NCBI RefSeq assembly: GCF_006345805.1
Contig: NW_021832531.1
Location: forward strand, 62,001 to 126,000
Length of the DNA: 64,000 nt
Direction: 5' to 3'
From: Octopus sinensis
Taxonomy: Eukaryota
The notes below the pieces were generated by a model, which saw only the letters and a program-made list of their open reading frames with translations, was not told where the DNA came from and ran no database searches. Within the stretch, counting starts at the first letter, position 1, and every line of letters starts with the position of its first letter. Shown piece after piece: positions 36,292 to 48,880 of the stretch. The translations under genes and the position numbers were made by a program.

Positions 36292-37639
36292 TGTCGTATG
36301 TCATAGTGTTCGGGCGTTGATACTGTCCAGGCTGATAAGACCGACTGATCACTTGAAAACATTAACCAACTAAAATTTTTCGACTTATTTTTTCCCGAAA
36401 ATGTGTTCCTCACTTCCATGACCTCCTCTCCCTAAAAAAATTTTCGATTTATTTTTTTAAAAAAATTCATTTAAAGATTTGTTTTACTCAGTTGGGCCAC
36501 CAGAAAGTCTACACACAGATAATGGAAAAGAGTTTTGCAACTCAGAAGTGTCAACATTATTACGTGATTGGGGAATAAAGGCAATTCATGGAAGACCAAG
36601 ACACCCTCAATCACAAGGTCAAGTAGAAAGATATAATCAGACGCTAAAGCGTTGGTTAGCGAAAACTTTATTTGAATCAGAATCTAACAACTGGATTGAC
36701 ATATTGAAAAGTACCGTCTATAGATACAACATAACTATTCATCGTGCTACCGGACAGGCACCTTTCAGGTTAGCTACATGAATTATATTTCTAGATTATT
36801 TTACGGGACTTCAGGATTCAATACAATTTCTTTGCTAGATAGTAAAGAAACCGAATCAGACCAAACCACTGATAATTTATCGGAAAATGAAACTCTAATG
36901 ACTTGTTCTTTTACAGAAATTGAATTGGAACATAAAACATCTGAACATTTTAAAAATTATAAGAAGAAAGTAAAAGAAAATGCATACAAAAATTTTCAAA
37001 AAGAGCATATAAAAATTGGAGACACTATTTATATCAAATCAGATTTCGATAATAGTGTGAAAACAAAAAAAAGTCCTTTAGAAAGTTTTTTCGAAAATGA
37101 ACGATATGTTGTTATTGAAGAACATCTACATTTTGTTGTTGTTAAGGGCCTTTCAACTGATGAAACAAAAAAAGTTTCAAAATTACGAATTAAAAAAATT
37201 AATTAGGGATTCATTATTGTTCATTTGTCTTATAATAAAGATTTTATATTCGCTTTTATTTGTTATCATTCAAATAAAATCTTATCATTCAAATAAATAT
37301 GGTTTGGATTGATGCTAGGGTTGGATCAAGTTAGAATTAGGTTTAGATTCGTGCTAGGGTTTGGATTAAGATTTGGGCTAAAATTAAGGTTAGAGTTAGA
37401 CTTGGGGTTGTTCACATGCAGGAATTAAATCAAACATCAGAAGATTCCTAAAATTTAAAAAAATTTTTTGGGATTTCCTATAAGTAACCTTTTATTTGGG
37501 TTCTTTTCCTTGAGGATTTAACTTCTCTTTAGTTTGTTTCTCTTGAAACAAAGTTTGCTGGATGTTAATGTTTTCAAGTGATCAGTCGGTCTTATCAGCC
37601 CGGACAGTATCAACGCCCGGGTTCTTATGACATACGACA
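36292..37639 (+). mobile_element. Internally deleted Ginger (Gypsy-integrase-related) DNA transposon, 1348 bp
   Basis: About 76-bp TIRs with TGT...ACA termini (TGTCGTATGTCATA...GATAAGACCGACTGATCACTTGAAAACATTAAC). 5-bp flanking duplication ATAAA. Integrase core LHTDNGKEF...GRPRHPQSQGQVER...TGQAPFR|LFYG with a 26-nt intron. The HHCC zinc finger and first catalytic Asp are missing. Confidence 0.88.
37301..37410 (+). repeat. Degenerate TTAGGG-like 6-bp-periodic tract inside the Ginger 3' region
   Basis: ctaggg ttggat caagtt agaatt aggttt ... ctaggg tttgga ttaaga tttggg ctaaaa ttaagg ttagag ttagac ttgggg. Confidence 0.6.
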
Positions 37640-37823
37640 ATAAATATGTATTTATGACCGTTAATAAACTATTTTCTATATTTTTCATTTCAAAATACGC
37701 TTGCGGTCCGAGCAGAATATAAAAGAGGTTTAAAATTTTTAAATAATTATTTTTATATAAAAAAATATATATAATTTTAAATATATTTAACTGTTAGCTG
37801 CAGCGTATTGCTGCTTGTGGTAA

Positions 37824-40084
37824 ATGGTGAAAAAAGTTAAATATTATTTTTAAAAACTAGGATAATCCTGAAATTAAATTAGAAACAAATTCTAAAAACA
37901 AAAAGTATAATCTCATATCCAAAATAATAATCAGAAATGAAAAAAATAACATTTCTAAAAAACCAAAAAAAGAACGCATTCCACAAATAAAAAAAGAAAT
38001 CAATCCAGACCAACCCGACCAAAAAAAACTAAAAAAATCATCCAAAAGAGAACATCCCGACAACCTCAAATCATCTCCCTCCAAGCTACAAAAACGTATT
38101 AAAAAAGAAGAGGAAGACGAATCCCGTTGGAAGTGGTAATACCAACAAATTCCGTGAAATCAACAGGTGGGAAGAACCCCTAAAAAACAATACAATAAAA
38201 TGGACAACTCTACATCACAAAGGCCCTGTTTTTCCGCCAGAATATGTACGTTTGCCAGAAAACATAAAAATGAAATACGACGGTTTTTTTATTTTGGTGA
38301 TTTGTGAAGGAAATGAGGTGATTTTGAGTTCTCCGGCAGAAGAAGTGGCGGGATATTACGCTCGGATGTTGGATCACGAATTCACAACGATGGAGACATT
38401 TAGAAAGAACTTTTTTGAGGATTGGACGTCAGTCATGTCAGAAAATGAGAAAAAACTAATAAAAAACTTGGAATTGTGTGATTTCAGGCCAATCCACGAC
38501 TTTTATGTCGAACAAACCGAAAAACGGAAATCCATGTCTAAAGAAGAGAAACAAGTGAGTTGTCTAATTCTAACCAAAGTCCCTGAAAGAGGCAAACGAG
38601 AAACTCCAAGAGGAGTTCGGTTTTTGTATTTTGGACGGTCATCGCGAAAAAATCGGCAATTTCAAAATCGAGCCTCCTGGACTGTTTCGAGGAAGGGGAA
38701 ACCACCCAAAAATGGGCAAGTTGAAAAGTCGAATTCGGCCAGAGGACGTGACTATAAACTGCAGTGCTGACACCACTGTGGACCCGCCCCCCGGAAGTCG
38801 GTGGAAGGACGTGATTAATGACAATTCCGTGACTTTCCTGGCCAGTTGGACAGAACCGGTGTTAAATACAACGAAATATATAATGCTGGCCTCCTCCTCC
38901 AAATTGAAGGTTTTTCCGCAAGTCCTGAGGCTTGGCAGGGCGTGAAGGACATGGAGAAGTTTGACTTGGCCAGGAGACTCCACGGAAGGATTGAGGACAT
39001 CAGAAGGAACTACAACGACGACTTCAAGTCCAAGGAAATGGGCAAAAGACAACGTGCCGTGGCCCTTTATTTTATTGACCGATTGGCATTGAGGGCGGGA
39101 AATGAAAAGGATGAGGATACTGCAGATACGGTGGGGTGTTGTTCCCTCAGAGTGGAGCATGTGACTCTGCATGATGACTATGTTGTGGAGTTTGACTTTC
39201 TGGGGAAGGATTCTATTCGATATCAAAACAAGGTTGCCGTCTTTCCCAAGGCGTATAAAAATTTACGGATTTTTATGAAGGACAAAAAACCGGAGGACAG
39301 TCTATTCGATAGTCTGTCGGTTTAAATTAACTATTTAATGTCCAAGACGACATCTTTGAACAAATATCTCCAAGAGTTGATGCCAGGGTTAACCGCCAAG
39401 GTTTTCCGTACTTACAACGCCTCGAGGACCTTGGAAGACCAACTGGAAATCCTCACTGACCGTATATCCGCATTTTGTGTTATGAATAGCCAATTCTTTG
39501 GTCGCGGAAAAAGTTTTGTCGTATAATCGAGGCAATCGGGCAGTGGCAGTGTTGTGTAATCACCAGAGATCGGTTCCTAAGACATTTGCCAAGTCAATGG
39601 ATAACATGCAACGAAAAGTGAGTTTATTTTTCAGTATTTTTAGATTGAGGGGAAAAAGACAGCAATTGAGGAATTGGAGAAGGAGTTGAAGACAAGAAAA
39701 GCTGATTACGTAACTTCTCAGACAGAATCGAAACGAAAGTTTGATTTGTTACTTTTATAAATAATAGGTCGTATGAAGCAATGCAGAAAAAGGTAAGTAC
39801 GGCACTGAATACGTTGGAGAAGTTAAAAATGACCGCGACGGATCGTGTATGTGCATTTGGTGGATTTAGGTTAGGATGAGTGTAAACAGATTGCAATGGG
39901 GACTTCAAAGTTGAACTATTTGGACCCGCGTATTTCTGTTTCTTGGTTTGGTTTTGTTTGGATTGTTTGTAGGTGTTTGAGAAATGACGTGCCTATTGAA
40001 AAGATTTACAACAAAACTCAGCGAGACAAATTTCGTTGGGCAATTGAAATGACTGATGGCACTTATAAATTCGTGTCCAGTTAG
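37824..40084 (+). CDS. TOP1: DNA topoisomerase IB, spliced
   Basis: [16 protein letters not shown]; [16 protein letters not shown]; [21 protein letters not shown]; [12 protein letters not shown]; [11 protein letters not shown]; [10 protein letters not shown]; AVLCNHQR; [12 protein letters not shown] (catalytic Tyr). Confidence 0.97.
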
Positions 40085-40399
40085 TCTACAATTTTTTAGC
40101 ATTAATTTATTTAATTATTATTGGTAATTATTACTATTTAAGTAAGGTCTGTTGTTTTGTTTTGAAGATTGTTTTATAATTAGGGGAGTTGAAAATAGCA
40201 AAATAATTTCGAAGAAATAACCAAAATGGCAAATTTTTTCTGAAAAATATTATTTTGTCATCTGAAATGCAAAAATAATAAGTTTTTAGGATTAATTTGT
40301 TTATGATGGCAAAGGTTTTCAGTCGATGTGCTAAAAATAGAAATTTACAATTTAAGGTGTGCCCAGCAAAATTATTAACTTAAAAAGCAATTTAAAAAT

Positions 40400-41700
40400 T
40401 TATAAAGGCGATTAAAACAAATTGCATTTAAAGAATCATTTACTAAAATAATTATTTATCTTCTTCAAAAAAATAGATATTATTTAAGATAGGTTCGTAA
40501 CTTGTATTTCTCAAATCAACAAATTTTTGTTTCCAAATAAAACTGTAATGTAGATCTATTAGCTGTATTTCCAGATCTTCAAATTAAGTTTATCAAATGT
40601 AATTGAATCTGGATATATTATAAATTTGGATGTTTGGGGAAATAGTTTTAATTCAACAAATCTCGAAGAAAATTCATGAATTACTGACTTAATTAACGAT
40701 GAAAATTCTAGAATTTGTTTAGGTAGATCTATTTTTCATGCACAAATAAATTTAATTTCTAGAATTTTTTGGTATTTTTTAAATATTTAAATTGTTGGAA
40801 AGTACATCAAGATTAAAAACAACCAATTTAACCTAAATACCTGAATTGAATCAATCGTGTGATATAATAATTTATTAACACCTTGCAAATTCAAGCTGAA
40901 TTCAATTAAATGGCACGTAAAATCTGCCAGAAATGTTAGTTTAAGGATCCATCCAGGGTCCATTAATTGTGGATACTTATCAATTACTTTTTCACTCTGT
41001 AAAAATATTTGCACTTCATCCAAACACTGGACAAATTGTTCAATAACTTTTCCACGGCTCAACCATCTTACATTGTTATACATAATTAATCCTTTTAGCC
41101 GATTATAAATATTTATAAAAACCCATATGTACTGAATTTACTTCATTTAATAATGTCTGAAATTTTCTTTTATTTAAGGACCGAGCAGATATGAAGTTAA
41201 TTATTTTGTGACAACGATTGTAATGTGCTCGAATGACTCGAATTCAGATTTTGCGATCTAATGAAAACCACGAACTGGATGCCCGACGTGCTGTGTAAGT
41301 AAGCTGAAAAAACCATTATTCTTTCCAATCATAGTGGGTGCACCATCTGTGGTTATTGATACTATTTTTGAAATATCTATCTTTTTCTCTGTGATCGAAT
41401 TTACAATTGTTTAAAAATATCGACTTTTGTAGTTGTTGCTAATGCTGGCAAACACAATAATTCTTCCAGAATAGTATTCACGGCGTAATATCTGATAAAA
41501 ATTGCTAGGCGTGACAATCCAGATGTCAATACTTTCGTCAACACAAAGGGAAATGAAATACAAGATTTAATATCTTTACTTTGTTGAAGAGAGATATTTT
41601 CACTCATCACCAAAATTCTTTATTGCTGACCCATATTCTCCTCCATAAATAACTTCGTAGTTTTTATTCGCCAACTTGTACGATTACTAAAAAGTCAGGC
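40400..41700 (-). mobile_element. Old degenerate hAT transposase (GTF2IRD2/EPM2AIP1-like); no TIRs recognised
   Basis: VRWLSRGKVIEQF; LTFLADFTCHL..FSLNLQG; RLAIFIRY...EELLCL; EDLEIQLIDL; many stops and frameshifts. Confidence 0.8.
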
Positions 41701-41789
41701 AGAAATGCCCGCCCACATTTAACCGATTAATTGTTATCTAAATATAACAAATACAAAATACTTTTTCCTTTCAGATGCTTGACGGGTTT

Positions 41790-42680
41790 TAGAGGTTCAT
41801 CAACAGCAAATTTTTATCAAAGTTAATCACAATTGAACGATTTGAAAAAAATACGGTACTGTGACGTTCGGTGGGCGATATCCAACGATTGCGTCTAATA
41901 ATTCGTCGAAAGCGTTGTCCAAATGGCTCACTTGCCTTCTCCATAAAAATTCTACACATTAAATCGGAGTATACCAGCAAAGTATTCACCCATGTAGTGT
42001 CGTGCGGTTCCTCTGTGTCTTTTATTGCGCCATTTTGCGCTCCTCCACATTCTCTCCACAGTCTGAGTATGTGCACCGGTCCTCGGGTCTACAAAATTCG
42101 CCTGTGATTGACTGTAAGGTGCACATGTGCAAGAGCATTAAGATCTGGCGTTGAATAACCTATTAACAAGAATAAAGTAATTACAATTACCATTCCATTT
42201 GTCAGAGTATATCACTAAACCCGGTGCGATAATATACCAATCAATGTGTTCGGACGATTAACTAAATAATCAGCACATACCTCCCGCAGGGAGTGAGACC
42301 AATTACAAATAGTTTGGCTACTCCACTCCAATTGACGCCGACACCATGAAATTGTGTGTCTGTCAAAGCTCCACATATAGATAAAACGAATACATGATGC
42401 TAAGGGCACTGTCTTGCCTTCGAGCCACGTACCTAAAAATAAAGTTCTCTCTTATTATACCGTTTCTGACAGAACTATAAGTTCGGCACTCGCTTTTATT
42501 GCACACCCATGTGGTAGTATCCCGCTGAAGGGCCATGAAATGTCTTTTTTCGCATTTCTTTTCCATTGGTATGATTCCGACCTCCTGTAAGAACGTAACT
42601 GACTCCATTTCCGACCGTGGTAGTTCGTAGTCCTTCAATTTAGAAAAATTTCGCATACAAAAGTTATTATTCATCCCCAC
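41790..42680 (-). mobile_element. Merlin (IS1595/ISXO2-like) transposase remnant, internally deleted, with two miniature introns
   Basis: WVCNKSECRTYSSVRNG|TWLEG; TICNWSHSLREVC; VIYSDKWNG|Y...VNH...FVDPRTGAHTQTVERMWRSAK...RGT. Introns at 42433-42460 and 42160-42190. Confidence 0.85.
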
Positions 42681-42932
42681 AACGCACTTACAAATTCAAA
42701 ATTTTATTTAAAAAAATTTATAATAATATTTACAAATTCGGCATTGTTCATTTGTTTTAATTTTAGTTCAAATAATCAAAAAAATTTTCCAAAATTCAGT
42801 TAGAGCATTATTTCGTGCAGCATGAAATCTACAAGTACCAAAAATACATTTCCGTCTACATTAAAAACAAGATCTGTATATTTTTGGTATAAAAATGTGT
42901 TTTCTGTTTTTTGACCTTGCACAAAACAAGTA

Positions 42933-45900
42933 CAGTACGACCCCGGTTTGGGGCAGACCCCATGGGTGGGGCACCCTCGGGTTTTGGGGCACCCCCGCTT
43001 TTAGGGGCAGTTTTTGAAAACAGTAAATTTTTCATTCTATTATTTATTTTTGATGACCCCGGTTTGGGGCACTTATTTAATTTATTTAATTACAAAATGT
43101 TAGTTTATTTATTAATTATTAATTAATACTATTATTTCACGTGTTTATTTTGACTTTAGTATGGTTCGTAAAAAGAATTCAAAGATTAATTATGAAACAA
43201 AAATTAAAATCGCTAAAGATATAAAACATGGTCAATTTTCAGAAAGAGATCTTGCTAAAAAGTATAAAACGACCAAAGGTATCTTTTTAACTAATTATTA
43301 ATTACAGGTACTATTTCTCGCATTAAACAAAATTTTGTTTATTATTTTGACGCGGGATTAACTGAATCCGATAGAATCAAGGAATCACATGATCCAAATA
43401 ATGAATTAGATAGATTAGTTTTTGAAACTTTTCTACGTCTGAGAGATGAATTTCTTCCAATTTCTGGAACTATCTTAAAACTGATTGCAAAAAAATTATC
43501 TAAAAAGATAAATTATGAATCATTTAAGGCATCAAATGGATGGCTAGACCGGTTCAAGAAAAGACACGAGTTGCTATTTAAAACTATAAGTGGAGAAAAG
43601 AATTCATCTGACCTTTCTACGGTTTCCAATTTTTTTGCTGATTATGACAACTGTTTGGAAACTGTAGGAAGTGAAAATATTTTTAACTGTGATGAAACAG
43701 CTTTATACATAAAGCGAACGCCGTCGAAATCTTTTGTTCAATTTAATGACAAATGCAATGGAATTAAAATGAGCAAAGAGAAAGTTACCCTTCTCCTTTG
43801 TTGTAATGCACTTGGTGAAAAGTTAAAACCTCTATTAATTGGAAAATTCAAATCTCCTAGGTGTTTAAAAAATTTTAACGCTGAGGATCACGGAGTACTA
43901 TATGCTGCATCAAAAAATTCGTGGATGACTAGTGATATTTTTGGGAAATGGTTATGGAAAGTAAATCAAGATATGATCAATGAAAAGAGAAAAATTGTCT
44001 TAATACTGGATAATGCGAGCTGTCACAGAAATACAGAATATTCCAATGTTTATTTACTTTTTCTTCCCAAAAATACGACCGCTTTAATTCAACCCCTAGA
44101 TATGGGAATAATAAAATCCTTCAAGTCCCTCTATTTCAATAAACTGATTGATTTTACTCTTATATTTGAAAAAGAACAGCTTTCTGATTTGAATTTGAAT
44201 AATGTCAATCTTAGACAAGTCATTACAGTTGTCGGGGAGGCATGGAAAATGATGTCAGAGACAACGATAATTAATTGCTGGCAGAAAATAAATGAAAACA
44301 GATCAAAAATTTCGGATAATGTACAGTTGGACGAAGAATTAATAGATGACGTGATTTCAGATGTTATTTCAATGGATTCGACAGATATTACAGTACGACC
44401 CCGGTTTGGGGCAGCATTTTTATCATAGTGCCCCAAAAAGCGGGGGTGCCCCAAAATGCGAGGGTAAAGATTTTTTGCTTTTATTTTCTCCTCAATAGAT
44501 TTTTATTGCATTTTAGACTATAAATTAAAATTATTTAATATTAATAAAATTCTAACATAGTCCTTTCTAATAAAATTTAAAAATTTTAATAAATCCAACA
44601 AAAAATACTATTAAAAGTAATCAGTAATTTTCTCACCGAATTGGTTTTTTTTTCAGTTCTCCTGATAGGTTTTTTCTAAATTCGTAGTAGATTTTCAAAA
44701 ATTGTGGACATGTACTGAAAATATTATCTTCTAGAGAATTCACGATGTTTATGATTTCTTTAATTGATGATTTTTTAGATTCATATCCATCATAAGTAAT
44801 TTTGTCCTCAATACAGTACGACCCCGGTTTGGGGCAGACCCCATGGGTGGGGCACCCTCGGGTTTTGGGGCACCCCCGCTTTTAGGGGCAGTTTTTGAAA
44901 ACAGTAAATTTTTCATTCTATTATTTATTTTTGATGACCCCGGTTTGGGGCACTTATTTAATTTATTTAATTACAAAATGTTAGTTTATTTATTAATTAT
45001 TAATTAATACTATTATTTCACGTGTTTTTTTTGACTTTAGTATGGTTCGTAAAAAGAATTCAAAGATTAATTATGAAACAAAAATTAAAATCGCTAAAGA
45101 TATAAAACATGGTCAATTTTCAGAAAGAGATCTTGCTAAAAAGTATAAAACGACCAAAGGTATCTTTTTTAACTAATTATTAATTACAGGTACTATTTCT
45201 CGCATTAAACAAAATTTTGTTTATTATTTTGACGCGGGATTAACTGAATCCGATAGAATCAAGGAATCACATGATCCAAATAATGAATTAGATAGATTAG
45301 TTTTTGAAACTTTTCTACGTCTGAGAGATGAATTTCTTCCAATTTCTGGAACTATCTTAAAACTGATTGCAAAAAAATTATCTAAAAAGATAAATTATGA
45401 ATCATTTAAGGCATCAAATGGATGGCTAGACCGGTTCAAGAAAACACGAGTTGCTATTTAAAACTATAAGTGGAGAAAAGAATTCATCTGACCTTTCTAC
45501 GGTTTCCAATTTTTTTGCTGATTATGACAACTGTTGGAAACTGTAGGAAGTGAAAATATTTTTAACTGTGATGAAACAGCTTTATACATAAAGCGAACGC
45601 CGTCGAAATCTTTTGTTCAATTTAATGACAAATGCAATGGAATTAAAATGAGCAAAGAGAAAGTTACCCTTCTCCTTTGTTGTAATGCACTTGGTGAAAA
45701 GTTAAAACCTCTATTAATTGGAAAATTCAAATCTCCTAGGTGTTTAAAAAATTTTAACGCTGAGGATCACGGAGTACTATATGCTGCATCAAAAAATTCG
45801 TGGATGACTAGTGATATTTTTGGGAAATGGTTATGGAAAGTAAATCAAGATATGATCAATGAAAAGAGAAAAATTGTCTTAATACTGGATAATGCGAGCT

Positions 45901-46691
45901 GTCACAGAAATACAGAATATTCCAATGTTTATTTACTTTTTCTTCCCAAAAATACGACCGCTTTAATTCAACCCCTAGATATGGGAATAATAAAATCCTT
46001 CAAGTCCCTCTATTTCAATAAACTGATTGATTTTACTCTTATATTTGAAAAAGAACAGCTTTCTGATTTGAATTTGAATAATGTCAATCTTAGACAAGTC
46101 ATTACAGTTGTCGGGGAGGCATGGAAAATGATGTCAGAGACAACGATAATTAATTGCTGGCAGAAAATAAATGAAAACAGATCAAAAATTTCGGATAATG
46201 TACAGTTGGACGAAGAATTAATAGATGACGTGATTTCAGATGTTATTTCAATGGATTCGACAGATATTATTGAGGACAAAATTACTTATGATGGATATGA
46301 ATCTAAAAAATCATCAATTAAAGAAATCATAAACATCGTGAATTCTCTAGAAGATAATATTTTCAGTACATGTCCACAATTTTTGAAAATCTACTACGAA
46401 TTTAGAAAAAACCTATCAGGAGAACTGAAAAAAAACCAATTCGGTGAGAAAATTACTGATTACTTTTAATAGTATTTTTTGTTGGATTTATTAAAATTTT
46501 TAAATTTTATTAAGAAAGGACTATGTTAGAATTTTTATTAATATTAAATAATTTTAATTTATAGTCTAAAATGCAATAAAAATCTATTGAGGAGAAAATA
46601 AAAGCAAAAAATCTTTACCCTCGCATTTTGGGGCACCCCCGCTTTTTGGGGCACTATGATAAAAATGCTGCCCCAAACCGGGGTCGTACTG
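42933..46691 (+). mobile_element. Compound Tigger/pogo locus: copy A (42933-44390, truncated at an internal TA), inverted right end (44391-44811), complete copy B (44814-46691)
   Basis: 24-bp TIR CAGTACGACCCCGGTTTGGGGCAG at 42933, 44391, 44814 and (inverted) ending 46691. TA at 42931-2, 44389-90, 44812-3 and 46692-3. The copies differ almost only in homopolymer lengths. Confidence 0.95.
45042..46469 (+). CDS. Tigger/pogo transposase (CENP-B HTH plus DD29D catalytic domain) of copy B, one intron; the copy A equivalent starts at 43161
   Basis: FKASNGWLDRFKKRH; NCDET; NSWMTSDIF; LDNASCH...29 aa...QPLDMGII. Copy B has -2 and -1 slips (about 45445, 45533) that are intact in copy A. Confidence 0.9.
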
Positions 46692-48409
46692 TAATAAGAA
46701 TAATAAACATTTCTCTACGATTTTTAGAATCTGTTGCCTTGTTTACAAAATTTTACATTTTTCAAATATTTTTTCTTGGAAATACCAAGCGACGACTTGG
46801 TTTCTTTAAAAACGAACTCAAACCTTCCGCTATCCACAGACCATTCAAAGCATTCAAGTGGAAACCTAATTGGTGTCATATAATCTTTCAAAAGCTTAAA
46901 GCTTGACTTCTACCAGTACAGTCTGGCCTGCTTTCTTTCTGCTGCACACATCAGTGCTAACCGATATGCGGGTTTGACTGATGTGTCCCTCTCAGTTCAG
47001 GCAATGGGTTTTTTCGAATTGAAATCAAATCAGATTTCTCATTTCGAAGAGACCAAAGACCTTAGTAAACTTTTAACTATTCCAAACAAATGGCCCGGCA
47101 ATCTAAAGACGTAGCAATGCCACAATTTTTAGATATTCTTTTTGAATCGCTTACTTTTGTATTATCGTAGCTTTATTTTATGAATTTAGTAATTATTATT
47201 CAAGTGTTGATCTCTGCCTAAATCCCTATGTTTCCTTCTTTAGCCAAATTTTTAAACAGGAAAATCTTTTACCACACCCAAACCTCCAGTTCTATTTCGG
47301 TGGCGTTTGCATTCGCAGTTGTGATTATCTACTATTTAATCAACTTTTTAGTTAATTTTGTTAAGGATATAAAAATGGTTCGAATCCTTGCGTATATTCT
47401 AAAGGTTCTTCGATCTTGTGTTTTGTTATCTTTTTTTAATGATTAATAATTGTGGTTGAATAATGAATTTGTGGCTGACATTACAAATTAAACTTGGTTT
47501 TTCAAGGATAGTTGCGCCATTTTCAGTTTCTAGATACAATTTTTAAAAGCCAACAGTTAGGTTTCCCTTACAATATTATTCATATGAGGAAGAAAAGAAA
47601 TATATTTCCACCTATAGAAGATTGATTTTTAACTCAGATAGTTGAGATTAAATATTCAGATTCTTCATATTTTCAAGTTATCAAAAGTAACAAAAATTTC
47701 ATATTTTATGATTTTTAAAAACCTGCTGGCATCCTAAAAAGTTTTTGAAATCCTTCAAGGAAATTGAAAACTAATCCGTTTTCCAGCTTATTTTTAATCC
47801 ATCTTAATTCTTAATGAATGTTGTTCTGAAAATAATTATTTTCGTCAATTAAATAACCTCAAAACAAAAAGCCCAACTTACATTATACTTTTTGAATCCA
47901 ACATTACTAAAACAACACGGAACGATGTCAGAACTCTTTCCGATGTGAGGAAATTTTTGGATGAAATTCTTTTATATCAATTTCTATTTGCACGAACACG
48001 TTTCTCTGTTCAAATTACTAATAATTATACCTAAAGGATAAAAAATATAGATTAAAGACTCTTCAGGCTCTCATTTTAATGGAAATATGGTATGTTTAGT
48101 TCCGTAAAAATTATATTAACCTGAAATTAGAAGTAATTTTATGTTGTTTAAACCTTCTACCGATTCTTAATTCATTTTCAAACACATTATGGCAATTAGA
48201 TATTAGTTTTTCAAACACCAATAGCTTATAGAGTTTCCCGAAGCATTGACATAATGAAAAGAAGTGACTAATGTTTAAATTATCGTAATTATTAGTTTCA
48301 AAGATTTATTTTGATGAAAGTAAAATGTTACATTGAAACTAATTAAATTTTTTATGCTAATGCATAGAACAATTTGATAATCGACCTAATTTTCAATACG
48401 ATCGATCAC

Positions 48410-48880
48410 CTAGTAGCCTCGGGAACATAATCGAGCGACCATTGCTTGGATTATTTTTTTCGCAACAACAAGTTGTTTTGAAGTGATAATCATTCCGACC
48501 ACAACCATTTTTTTTGAGGGTGCTATCAAATAAAAATTCCGTCCATTGAAAGCTACAAGTATTTTTTCGTCAACATCTTGAATAACGTGAGTGAATCCTT
48601 TTATTTTTACTATTTTTTGCTTGGAGTTATTACCGGCCGAAATGTAATGTAAAATCTCCTATAAATAGAATAATCTGATCTTATTAAATACTTTTATTTC
48701 ATTTTGAGATATAACAAAATTGTTAGACGAAGTTGCAAGCAAAGATCCGTTACTTCGGAACATTGCAGCACTGTTAAAATTGACGTATTTATTGCTAATG
48801 AGATACTCAACCCAGCAGCTCCAAACTGCATTTATTTCATTATATATGGGTGTGACATGCTGACAATAAAGACTGTTCAT
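48410..48880 (-). CDS. Divergent profilin; start uncertain
   Basis: WSCWVEYLISNKYVNFNSAAMFRSNGSLLATSSNNFVISQNEIK|EILH...KMVVVG...AMVARLCSRGY*. Confidence 0.7.

Noticed and set aside
38639-39226. 195-aa antisense ORF over TOP1, and similar overlapping or antisense ORFs (280-774, 7370-7672, 16580-16816, 44131-44454, 46010-46279)
   Set aside because: These are shadow frames of real coding regions, favoured by local GC content and skew. No recognisable motifs.
38680-39930. Camptothecin-resistance substitutions in TOP1
   Set aside because: The relevant motifs (FRGRG, VGCCSL, GKDSI, KLNY) have wild-type residues.
2140-45535. Frameshifts in DYNC2H1 (about 19355, 19703, 26478), DRAM (about 4235), the C-clamp gene (about 2143) and Tigger copy B as pseudogenisation, programmed frameshifting or RNA editing
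   Set aside because: They are isolated 1-2 bp losses, mostly in homopolymers, in genes with no nonsense codons. Near-identical Tigger copies differ in the same way. Uncorrected long-read indels are the simplest explanation; raw reads are needed to confirm.
46700-48300. Hydrophobic open frames after the Tigger locus (possible transporter or transcobalamin-like motif YQYSLAC)
   Set aside because: The similarity is limited to a few residues and the splicing is ambiguous.
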